The notes under the pieces are model-generated. The model was not told the origin of the DNA. It searched no databases and saw only the letters and a program-made list of their open reading frames with translations. Positions 1-10,715 of a DNA stretch of 64,000 nt are shown piece after piece. Location: the NCBI RefSeq assembly GCF_001194135.2, contig NC_068993.1:14172864-14236863 (forward strand), written 5' to 3'. This stretch comes from Octopus bimaculoides. Lineage: Eukaryota. Made by a program: the position numbers and the translations under genes. Position 1 is the first letter of the stretch; every line of letters begins with the position of its first letter.

Positions 1-848
1 TATGTGTTGATGGAAATTTATATTGCAAGCAAATATAACATGCATACCAATGTCTACAACTGCCGCAACGGAAACAGTTTTCTTTTGTCAACAGCGTAAA
101 TGCCAGCTTGTGCGCAGATTTTATCAATCGATAATGAGTATATTCGAATTGAAAATCAACTTATTAAGATATAATACCTGATTGAAAACTTTAGGATATC
201 TTGCAAAGGTTATGATGAAATCGTTAATCTGGAAATGTAAGAAAACGGAGAAGTAACTGGTTATTACATCTGTGTCGTCATGTTTAGTAAGTTAGCCACC
301 GATACACAATGCCTATAAATTAGACGAGAAGGCCACCGTTTAAATGCTATGTATATCAAACAATTCTTGATGGTAAAATGCGAAATTTACCCAAACGCAC
401 GATCAACAACAATTGTAATAACTCTTTGTTTCTCATTGTTTAATAATGGTTTCTTTAACATAAGAACGAAAACAAGAGTAAGGACAACTAGACCTTATCA
501 CAAAGAACTAAATAACATAAGATAGAAAGAAAAAAAAAATGTGGGAATCGGTCAAGAATTTTTTATGTCTTCAGCAACGTCATTAGGTCTGATATTCACG
601 TAGAAAAATATAAATGATATAGATCGAGCTTTCAAGAATTTTCAGAAATAAGGTTATATATATTCTTTTATATATACTTATTGAGAATCCTATAACATGT
701 ACATAGTAATATACAGGACACACATGTATTTTAGATCATTCACAATATACACTATTGATGTCATAATTTACTGTTGTTTATCTTCTATGTCAATGTAGAT
801 GGAATAGATTCTATATAAAAATATATTCCAGCCGGGTCTATACTGTAT

Positions 849-1080
849 ATGCGTGTGTGTGTGTGTCTGTATGTACGCATGTATGTATGTATATATGTAT
901 GTGCGTATGTATGTGTAATGTGTGTGTGTGTGTGTGTATCAGTGATTGAGTGTCTTTGTGTCTGTGTTTTTCCTCCGCCACCGTTTGACAACCGGTGTTG
1001 GTGTGTTTACGTACACGGAACCATAGCGTTTCGGTAGAAAGAAAACGATAGAATAAATACCAGGCTTAACAAAAATTGTC
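849..1080 (+). mobile_element. 3' half of a CORE-type tRNA-derived SINE with internal (TG)n
   Basis: 961-1080 (tctgtgtttttcctcc...tgacaaccggtgttggtgtgtttacgt...gatagaataaataccaggctt) matches the tail of the full copy at 44912-45293. Confidence 0.75.
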
Positions 1081-3070
1081 AAGTGTCACTTCAAGACTTG
1101 TGAGGGAAATTGTCTTGATAGAAACAGTGGAACTTCGTCTATTGTATATATCTACATACACACGTTCAACACCACCGGCAGCTCCATAGAATGTTTTAGG
1201 CATTTTGTTTCCATCAAGATAAAGAAAATAACCCTTCAAACTGATGATAGATAAACAGCCTTGTGTCGTCTTGTATTTCCTCCACCTGCTTGAGAGACAC
1301 TCGTAAAAGGTCATAGTCGCTACTCACACTCATTTACCTATGTTTATGCATTTTTTCGCGTAGACAGCCCCTAATTAATTCTAAACTTTAAAACACAAAT
1401 TATTGATCGTCATAAAATGACAAAAAATATGTTTCATTTAGTGAGGTTTGTTACCATCTATATATTTCTTCTTTACTTTTCCCATTTATTTTTATCATGA
1501 ATGAAACGGTATTAAAATGTCACCCGCTACCTTGGATACCGGATTTTACCCCTATTAAAATGTCAGATATGCACCTAAACGCAATAATAGGTATTTATGT
1601 GTTTTCACGTAAGCTTAAAGGGAATTCTTACAAATATGAAGTTAAATCTACACCCTTAAAATATGGTGTAAAATAGAAAGTTGTCTCCATGTCAAATTAA
1701 AAATATAACGAACATATCTAAAAAACATTATTTAAAATGTAAAGCTGAAAGCCTATGTGTGCGCGCGGATATATATACACGCACACACCACACACACACA
1801 TATATATATATATGGGTGTGTGTATGTATATATAGACGTACATATATGTGTGTGTGTATATATCTGTGTGTGTGTGAATGAATGCATATATGTGTATATG
1901 TGAAATAAATAAACAGTAGATTGTATTTAAAATTGTGTATTGTCGCCTCTGGAAAAATTATTTATAGATCACGTTTGAAGGATAAACCAGCACAGATATA
2001 CACACGTGTGTATATGTGTATAACATGCGTATCAGTGCATAAGCGTACACACATGTACCAATAACCTTACAGAGGAAAACAGATAATGACACACAATCAC
2101 ATTCGCACGCTCACACACTCATGTTGTTTGGGTTTTGTGTTCGTTTGCGAGTGGTAGAGTACGATAGTGATAATAAGCGATGTGAATGACAGTGGTGATA
2201 GTAAAGTCGAAGGTATTGATGGTTGTGGCGTGAGAAGTCTGAATGATGTGTGTACTTCAGTTGTGGTACTGGTGATGGTGATGGTTGAAAACAATCACCA
2301 GAAAGAGAGAGAGAGANNNNNNNNNNNNNNNNNNNNNNNNNNNNNNNNNNNNNNNNNNNNNNNNNNNNNNNNNNNNNNNNNNNNNNNNNNNNNNNNNNNN
2401 NNNNNNNNNNNNNNNNNNNNNNNNNNNNNNNNNNNNNNNNNNNNNNNNNNNNNNNNNNNNNNNNNNNNNNNNNNNNNNNNNNNNNNNNNNNNNNNNNNNN
2501 NNNNNNNNNNNNNNNNNNNNNNNNNNNNNNNNNNNNNNNNNNNNNNNNNNNNNNNNNNNNNNNNNNNNNNNNNNNNNNNNNNNNNNNNNNNNNNNNNNNN
2601 NNNNNNNNNNNNNNNNNNNNNNNNNNNNNNNNNNNNNNNNNNNNNNNNNNNNNNNNNNNNNNNNNNNNNNNNNNNNNNNNNNNNNNNNNNNNNNNNNNNN
2701 NNNNNNNNNNNNNNNNNNNNNNNNNNNNNNNNNNNNNNNNNNNNNNNNNNNNNNNNNNNNNNNNNNNNNNNNNNNNNNNNNNNNNNNNNNNNNNNNNNNN
2801 NNNNNNNNNNNNNNNNNNNNNNNNNNNNNNNNNNNNNNNNNNNNNNNNNNNNNNNNNNNNNNNNNNNNNNNNNNNNNNNNNNNNNNNNNNNNNNNNNNNN
2901 NNNNNNNNNNNNNNNNNTATATATATGGCGATTCTGGGCAGGCATGGTGTTTTTAAACCTTTTTATCATAGGAGCGTGTATTTTCCACGCAGTGAATTTG
3001 CCGTCCGGCAGTTGAAATATGTCCCAAACATATTTTAACTAACTAACGTTTGCGGAGATATGTATAATTC

Positions 3071-3228
3071 CTGAAGATGGAATGCACATGCTTTATCACA
3101 AATCACTACAATTGTTTCGGTGCATCAATATGTGCTGGTAATTGCTGAAAGTTACATATATTACATTCATATGATCCAACAATAGCTCTATACACACACG
3201 TCTCTAGGTGAGAAGAGTCCAGAGCACC
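3071..3228 (-). repeat. Dispersed ~160-bp repeat, copy 1, with hammerhead-like core
   Basis: Reverse complement aligns end to end with 4418-4582; contains ttgatgc-acc-gaaa-caattg-ta. Confidence 0.8.
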
Positions 3229-4417
3229 CCTTGATTACGTGTAATTTCTATTTATTTAATACCCACACTATTATGTTATGTTTAGCATTCCATTGGCAAA
3301 GAACAATACACAAATACAAAAAACTACCTTTGCCTGGAAGAATCACTAGGCATACTATTATTCAGTGATAATATCATCAACAAGCATTCTCAAATTATTC
3401 TCGTTTTGGGTATTTGGAAGAAACCTGTGAGATATAATATAATATCAATTCATTGTTTACTCAAAAACGTATTATTGAGATTTTTTTATTATGATGAGTA
3501 TGATAAAATTGTTGTTTACCTGGATTTTGTAATTTCATAATAAGCTGTATGCGAGTAAGCTTACTTGGTTAAAAGCAAAACAACTGTAGGATAGACCTAA
3601 TAACCATGACGTACACATATATATGTAGTTGCAAGACTAGGTTATAGAATGAGTATAGCCTGTGCTTTCATTGAAGCATTATTAACAGTGAATGGTCATG
3701 TCATGATATACAGAAAGGTGTAGATCTGAATGAACTAACCTTATAAGGTTACTCCCTAGAATTTATATGTATCTTTTGTGAGCATAAGCTAAAAATTCTA
3801 AATAAATTTATATAAATATGATAAGTGATTCAATACGAAAATATTCGGAGGCTTAAAAGTAGCGGAGCATGAAATGGTATATTCACGAAAGCGAAAAATG
3901 GGTGTGTATGATTGGATAGATATATGTAAGTATAAACATATGTATGTATATTAGTGTTACAGAAATGTATAAGTATGTAGAAAAGTGCATGCCAGCAAAT
4001 CTTGCTTTAGTTGCCTCTCTTAATGACTTCTTAAGCAACTGTGACGCAGCCCGGCGACTCATGCTATAAAATAACAAATAAATCTGTAACTAAATAGGGT
4101 TTGATCATCTGCCGTGCTAAGGAGCTGAACGTATACTCCTGGTTTCCTTTGAAGTGCAAAGTAATAGACACACCAAACAAATAATTGTTCATATTTATCA
4201 GTTTACAACGTTATTATCTTACAATGTCCGCATATATTCCTAAAATTCGAGACAATTCTGCTGTTAAGAATGGAGTGGAAAGGGGGGGTTCCTTTATTTT
4301 TACTTTCCTTTCTATTAATTTACTTAGTTATTTCTTCTTATTTGTATATCCGTTGACCACTAAAAATAGTATAATTGGTGTGGGTACAAAATAGAGAGAA
4401 CTAAAGATGATCTAGTA

Positions 4418-4582
4418 GTGCTTTGGACTCATATCACCTAAAGATGTGCACGTATATAGCTGTTGTATCATATTAATGCAATGATTTATGTATTTATAAG
4501 AAACATTCAGTAATTGACAGTTGATACTGATGAGCCGAAACAATTGGAGTGATTTCTAATAAAACCTGTTCATTCCATCTTC
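4418..4582 (+). repeat. Dispersed ~160-bp repeat, copy 2, possibly a PLE terminal repeat
   Basis: Homologous to 3071-3228(-); ctgatga-gcc-gaaa-caattg at 4527-4546, followed by aataaa. Confidence 0.8.
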
Positions 4583-4599
4583 TCATCTTAAAATTATTT

Positions 4600-4810
4600 T
4601 GCATTTTACTCTAAACTCGTTGGGGCTGGCCAGATTGGAGCAATCTCGAGTACAACCAGCCGAAATTACAACGATAATCTGGAACTCGAATGAGGAACGA
4701 AAACTCCGAATGACCCGTCCTTGTTTTCTTCCTATCGTCTATTTGGATATTTTCTTTTCCACTTTTTGGTATCACGTAACTGTCTGCATGTTTTGCGTTC
4801 TTGTCCGATT
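4600..4810. repeat. Unclassified interspersed repeat
   Basis: 4716-4805 (ccgtccttgttttctt..tatcgtctat.tggat..tatcac.taactgtct..atgttt) is homologous to 23067-23158. Confidence 0.7.
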
Positions 4811-4841
4811 TTGCATTTTACATGTATATATAAATTACACG

Positions 4842-4874
<33 letters not shown>

Positions 4875-6069
4875 NNNNNNNNNNNNNNNNNNNNNNNNNN
4901 NNNNNNNNNNNNNNNNNNNNNNNNNNNNNNNNNNNNNNNNNNNNNNNNNNNNNNNNNNNNNNNNNNNNNNNNNNNNNNNNNNNNNNNNNNNNNNNNNNNN
5001 NNNNNNNNNNNNNNNNNNNNNNNNNNNNNNNNNNNNNNNNNNNNNNNNNNNNNNNNNNNNNNNNNNNNNNNNNNNNNNNNNNNNNNNNNNNNNNNNNNNN
5101 NNNNNNNNNNNNNNNNNNNNNNNNNNNNNNNNNNNNNNNNNNNNNNNNNNNNNNNNNNNNNNNNNNNNNNNNNNNNNNNNNNNNNNNNNNNNNNNNNNNN
5201 NNNNNNNNNNTATATATATATACTGGTTTAAAGTCTACTAGAGCAAAATAGTTGTCATTGATAAGTGGTTAATATTTTCGTTATTTAAAGCAATCTTTTC
5301 AATGGATGTACGTGTTATCATGGCTTTTATAACAGTTATCTTGTTTTCTTGGAGCCCAGTGCGTTGGCTAGACACGTTGTATCGATATAGTTAAGACCCA
5401 TTGTCCGCTTCACATAACATGTTACAATGCTTTCACACCTCACTGGCTTTGTAATTCACTGCATTACCTCCCCTGATAAAAGCTAATAAAGACATGTGCC
5501 AATCGGCCTTTGTTGACTGGCGCGGACACATTATAAACCTAGCCTTACATCATTTCAACATAGAGATATATTTTAAGCTTCATAGTGACCAAGATAGCTG
5601 AAAGAGACCAGAACACTGGCTTTTCTCTCAGACAAAAGCCATCGCTTTCTCTGAAGCGTTAATAACTATATTATTGTCTGTTTTCTTCAGCAAGCAATCT
5701 TGGCTGCTATGCAAAATTATATATCTTTAGTGAAACAAATCTGAGTAAAGGAAATTAAATGAATACATAAAAAAATGCATAATTACGCTGTATTTCTTGT
5801 AGCTCACATTGTACAGTCTACTATCTAATGGAATGATCTCGAACCTCTAATATTTCTGTTTGTATTTATATTAGGCATTGGTCAATTTGTATACATTTCA
5901 ATTTAATACATGTTTTTTCCTTTATTATTTTGTGAAGATTTCAATGGAAATATATATATATATAATTTCTGCTTTTAAAACAAGTAAATCACGAACGATG
6001 AAGTCAGATATTTATTTGAGATCATTCTTTCCCTATGCAATAGTCAGTAAAACACAAAACATAGGCCAA

Positions 6070-6274
6070 GGCGGCGAACTGGCAGAAACGTTAACACGCC
6101 GGGGGAAATATTTAGCGGTATTTCGTCTGCCGTTACGCTCTGAGTTCAAATTCCGCCGAGGTCGAATTAAGTACCAGTTACGCACTGGAGTCGATGTATT
6201 CGACTTAAGCCCTTTGTGTATCCTTGTTTGCCCCGTCTATGTTTAGCCGCTTGTGGGCAATAAAGAAATAAGAA
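6070..6274 (+). mobile_element. tRNA-derived SINE (family A), well-preserved copy
   Basis: A-box tggcagaaacgtta, B-box-like ctgagttcaaattcc, tail ttgtgggcaataaagaaataagaa; closely similar copy at 45875-46105. Confidence 0.9.
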
Positions 6275-6445
6275 ACGTTAGCACGCCGGGGGAAATGCTT
6301 GGCGGTATTTCGTCTGTCTTTACGTTCTGAGGTTAAATTGCGCTGAGGTCGACTTTGCTTTTCATCGTTACGGTAAATTAAGCAGCAGTTGCGTACTGAG
6401 ATCCCCTCCCGCCAAATGTCATTCCCGGACCTAGAGTGGAAAAGA
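6271..6445 (+). mobile_element. Family A SINE, older monomer lacking its first ~15 nt
   Basis: Restarts at agaaacgttagcacgccggg; gtcgactttgcttttcatc domain; different tail (cccctcccgccaaa...cctagagtggaaaagaat). Confidence 0.85.
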
Positions 6446-7629
6446 ATACCAATCATAAGCAAATACTATTCTATTTCACACAGTATAAACACGAAATTTT
6501 GCAAATCGTGTTTCCAACGTTCTCGTTTAGATAAACATTATTCTCATCCTAGAAATATTTCACCGTTATAAATTAGCTTTTTATTTATATAAGAAACACT
6601 AACGTATTATGGGATATTTACTAGATTTACACCATCTACAAATTGCATTATAAACATTGCATATAAAGCAACAGTAATATTTTCCTTCAGTAAAAAGTAA
6701 TTGCACTGTATGGTAAATAATGCTATTTTATATAAAGGTAACGAAATATGTAACAAAACAAATCGTAATATTCAGTGCATCGTAAAATTTATTCCACATC
6801 TTATTAATATAAACTGTTGACACGTAATATGAATACTTTCGAAGTGAAAAGATTGCGAAGACGTTTGGTTCCATTGGAAACATTGCTATTTTAAGTTATC
6901 TATATATAAGGAAAATTTAGCTCTTTGGAATTACGTGGAATTGTTATTTTGTGCAGGAATATATCTTTTTTTTTTACTTTTCATAACGCACAACAGAGAA
7001 ACGAAAATAAAAATAAGAATGTATTTAATGAAATATTAACATATTTTGTATCAACATGTAACAATCCCGATGTAAATTGATATCCATGTGAATTGATATC
7101 CATGTGAAGAGTAGAAATTTGATTATATGTTATAAAATTATTCATTCGCTATATCTATTTGGGTACCTAACGTGCTCTCTCACTCCCTCTCTCTCACTCT
7201 CGAGTGTGGATACATGTGTGGATATGGGTGTGAGATAGAGCAAGAAACTGTTTATTTTCACACATTGAACACTGTCGAACGAATAAGACTAGGGACAACC
7301 ACTACATGTTGCATATGATATGGTCTATTCAAAATGTAAGTTTATCGTGCACCTCGAGTTTCATGCCACAGCAAACTTCAGGAGAGAGTTCTTATAACTC
7401 GGTGTGATGGGATGGAATACGCCACCGGTATGTGTATGTGTGCGTGCGTGAGAGTGTGCATATGTGTATGTGTCTGTGTGTGTCTTTGTGTGTTTGAGTT
7501 TGGTTCATTGATTCTATCTGTTGATTAGCCTGCTTTTTGCTTTTGCTGATTCGTTGTTTTTTTCTCCTACCACAAGCAGTTTCTTCTTGAATGACGTATC
7601 GGGGAATGGTCTCTCTGGGATGGGAGAAG

Positions 7630-7850
7630 GTCGTAAAATAAAGTACCAGTTGAGCACTGGAGCCTTTCTTAATGGAGTTTATTTAATATCTGTTTTAACG
7701 TTCTGAGTTCAAATACCTACGAGTTTGATTTTGCCTTTCATCCTTCCGGAGTCGATAAAATAACTGCCAGTAGAACACTGCTGTGGATGCCGTCCAGGTG
7801 CTCTATCCTCTGAAATTGTTGACCTTGGGCCAAAATTTGAAATGAATATT
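7630..7850 (+). mobile_element. Diverged family A SINE pieces
   Basis: acgttctgagttcaaat...ttgcctttcatccttccggagtcgataaaata...ccttgggccaaaatttgaaa. Confidence 0.8.
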
Positions 7851-8326
7851 CAATGCTGGCCTCGTAGATATGAAACATGTGTTTTCAACATGCAGCACGA
7901 GTTAGTTTGCAACTGCATTAATTTTGTTTTTTAAATTCTTGTCCTCCGGAATACGAAAACACTGTATCTACATACATATATATATATATATTATTACATA
8001 ACATATATATGTACATATATATATATATAAGTTATGTAATAACGTTCAAACTACTTAATCATTGACACGAAAGGTTCATTCATCATAAACGCTAAATGAA
8101 TGAAATCTTGTTTACCAAATATATAAAGAACTTACCTGACCCTCCCTTCCTTCTCTAAACACTATAGCGCAATTCGACTTGTATCATTTTCTAAAGAGAC
8201 AAAAATTATATCTGTATATGTATGTATGTATGTATGTATGTATATATGCTTGTGTGTATGTGTATACACGTATGTATGTCTGTATGTATAAATGCATGCA
8301 TTCATGAATATATGTACGTATCCATG

Positions 8327-8357
<31 letters not shown>

Positions 8358-9071
8358 ATATCTATATATCTATCAATCTGTTTTCCAATCCACTTGTCTG
8401 TCTGTATACATGTGTGCTAAAATGTGTGAGTGCGCCAGTGTATGTACACCTTTCACTGAATATAACGTCGGTATATAGCAATACGGCAAAATAGCTGTTA
8501 CTGTTTCGTACACAAGTTAAATTTGTGCATGAATTCTCTGAAAATAACACTTTGCTTTCATTATCGTTTATTTTATAACTAAGTCGGTGCTACTTTAATA
8601 GATGTATTTGATAACTACCATCTACGATGTGTTTCACCTGTTCTTGTTTATTGTATCAAACAAGTTATCTCTAACATAATCGGAAATACTATGTAATTAA
8701 AGAAATTTAACACGGAAATATATTGATAATAAAGATAGCGAATTCATCAGTTCATAAAAAAAAAAGATATTAATTTCAAGATTTCTTTGTGTAAATGTCA
8801 GTTTTGTTGTCTTTAGAATAATAGATTTGTGCAATACAATTCATTTTTGACGTTTAATCGACTCACAGTAGATTTGTTTTAGTGTTAACCAATATAAGTA
8901 AATGACCCTGCTTTGGTCAATGAGATTGACTTACAAGCTGCTGTGTAAAATGTTGCGTGATGGTTTCAACCTGATAGAAACGTTGTTCAAATCTTTCGAA
9001 TATAGACAATTAGTTTTGGCACAAAGCCTGCAATTCTTTCGGGGAAGTTGGTATGTCAATTATATCAATAA

Positions 9072-9228
9072 AAATAATAATAATAACAATAATAATAATG
9101 GTTTTAAATTTTTCCACCAGGGCAGCAATTATGGAGGAAGGGACAAGTCAATTACATCGGCCCCAGTGTTCAAATAGTCCTTATTTTATCGACCACGAAA
9201 TGATGAAAGGCAAAGTGGACCTCTGCAG
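9072..9228 (-). mobile_element. Family A SINE 3' part with (ATT)n tail
   Basis: Plus strand reads aataataat-ggttttaaattt...gtcaattacatcggccccagtg...atcgaccacgaaatgatgaaaggcaaagtggacctc. Confidence 0.8.
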
Positions 9229-9252
9229 AATAGTAATAATCAATAATAATAA

Positions 9253-9429
9253 TACTGAGCAGGGGTAATCGCATGGGCAGTAGACGAACTAAACAGCTTA
9301 GACAGAAAGACAAGGAAGTTGGTGACTAGATATGGGATACCCCACCCAAAAAGTGCCAAGGAAGAGAGGTGTAAGAGGACTGATTGGATGAGAAAATGTA
9401 AAAAATGCCACAGAACAACCATTACTGGA

Positions 9430-9433
<4 letters not shown>
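9253..9433 (+). mobile_element. R4/Dong-clade non-LTR retrotransposon internal fragment
   Basis: Translates Y*AGVIAWAVDELNSLDRKTRKLVTRYGIPHPKSA, then after a frameshift GVRGLIG and VKNATEQPLLEI; matches the post-RT motifs W...EL..LDRKTRK...HP and GGRGL of R4/Dong ORFs. Confidence 0.75.
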
Positions 9434-9501
<68 letters not shown>

Positions 9502-9625
9502 GAGAAGAAGAAGAAGAAGAAGAAGAAGAAGAAGAAGAAGAAGAAGAAGAAGAAGAAGAAGAAGAAACGTGATGATGACGATAATAGTGACGACGACGAC
9601 GACGACGACGACGATGATGATGATG
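9430..9625 (+). repeat. Compound triplet microsatellite (AAT)n-(AAG)n-(GAC)n-(GAT)n
   Basis: Direct inspection. Confidence 0.97.
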
Positions 9626-10200
9626 AGGTTCCCATACTAGCATTTTCATTCATCATTTCCAGGTATTGAATAATTTATTATGATTACATTTCAACTCAGT
9701 CACATAGTCGTGTAGATATCTCCAAACACCAATACATTTTTATGGATGTCGCAGATATTTATTCTGCGAGAAAAATTTAGACTAAACAATTACATTTCGT
9801 AAAATATTTGTTTTATTATTATCTCATACGAAAATTAAATTTCCATCTCCCAGCTCTATGAAAATGTGAAACATGTTTAGACATAAAATATTTAGTACTT
9901 GGTGACCTGCTTTAAGTTATACGTGTTTGTTGGTTCATTATCTTTTTTTATTTATTGTATCTATTGTCAGAATCTACAATTTTGTGTATCATTTTAAATC
10001 TAGCTTTTTTATGTTGTTTTCTTGCCTTGTTAAAGTTGCTTTCTGTCATATCGTCGAAACATGAACACATTTGCACACAGACGATCTCACAAAACATAAA
10101 GACAAGTATATATATNNNNNNNNNNACACTGACATCTCATTTCAACAGATATATTTACATAAAATTACATATAAATACCTTGAAATACTAAAGGGTAAAT

Positions 10201-10715
10201 TTATTCAATAAAATCACCACTGGCATCAACCACGACCTCCCGACAACTTCGGAATATCCTGCAACTATTCTGCACGGTTTCCTTGTTTAAGTTGGTGAAT
10301 GCTGCCATAATCCTTGCCTGCAGCCCATCTTTCGTGTTACAAGAAGTTTGGGGTTGCAATCTGGGAAATTAGGCGGCCAGATGTTAGTGGTGATGTGGTC
10401 GCAGAAATTGCTTGACAGCCATGACTGGGATGTCCTTCTTGTGTGGCGTTGTGCAGAATATTGTTGCCAGACCTAAGGTGTTCCACCAGCTATTCCCTTC
10501 GACCAGGACAGCACTCCCTCCTCAAGGGACTTGATGTAGGCCTCTGTGTTGGGTCTGAGACCCTGTGGGAAAATGCATGGAGGCATAACGTCACCATCAC
10601 TTGTAATCACACCAAACATTATGATGTTGTCTGGATGTTTGAATTTCATCACTCTCAGTACATGTTTTGGGGACATGGCAATCCAACGGTTGTTCTATAT
10701 GAGAGGAATGTCCAA
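10201..10715 (-). mobile_element. Decayed Tc1/mariner transposase C-terminal half, DD37D (maT)-type spacing
   Basis: NNRWIAMSPKHV...KFKHPDNIIMFGVITSDGDVMPPCIFPQG...*VWQQ(Y)SAQRH...WLSSNFCDHITTNIWPPNFPDCNP...SGDFIE*. There are 36 residues from the mutated second D (Y) to NP; the LD that should follow is deleted, implying D37D. Confidence 0.85.

Noticed and set aside
5290-5745. Stop-poor plus frame containing RGHIINLA (hAT CxAHxLNL-like) and an acceptor before QAILAAMQNYISLVKQI*
   Set aside because: Motif order does not fit hAT and no partner exon or other motif supports it
9240-9669. Poly-N/K/D, poly-L/F/S and poly-Y ORFs (similar ones at 51126-51506 and 63515-63893)
   Set aside because: Translations of triplet microsatellites; only the R4-like portion is meaningful
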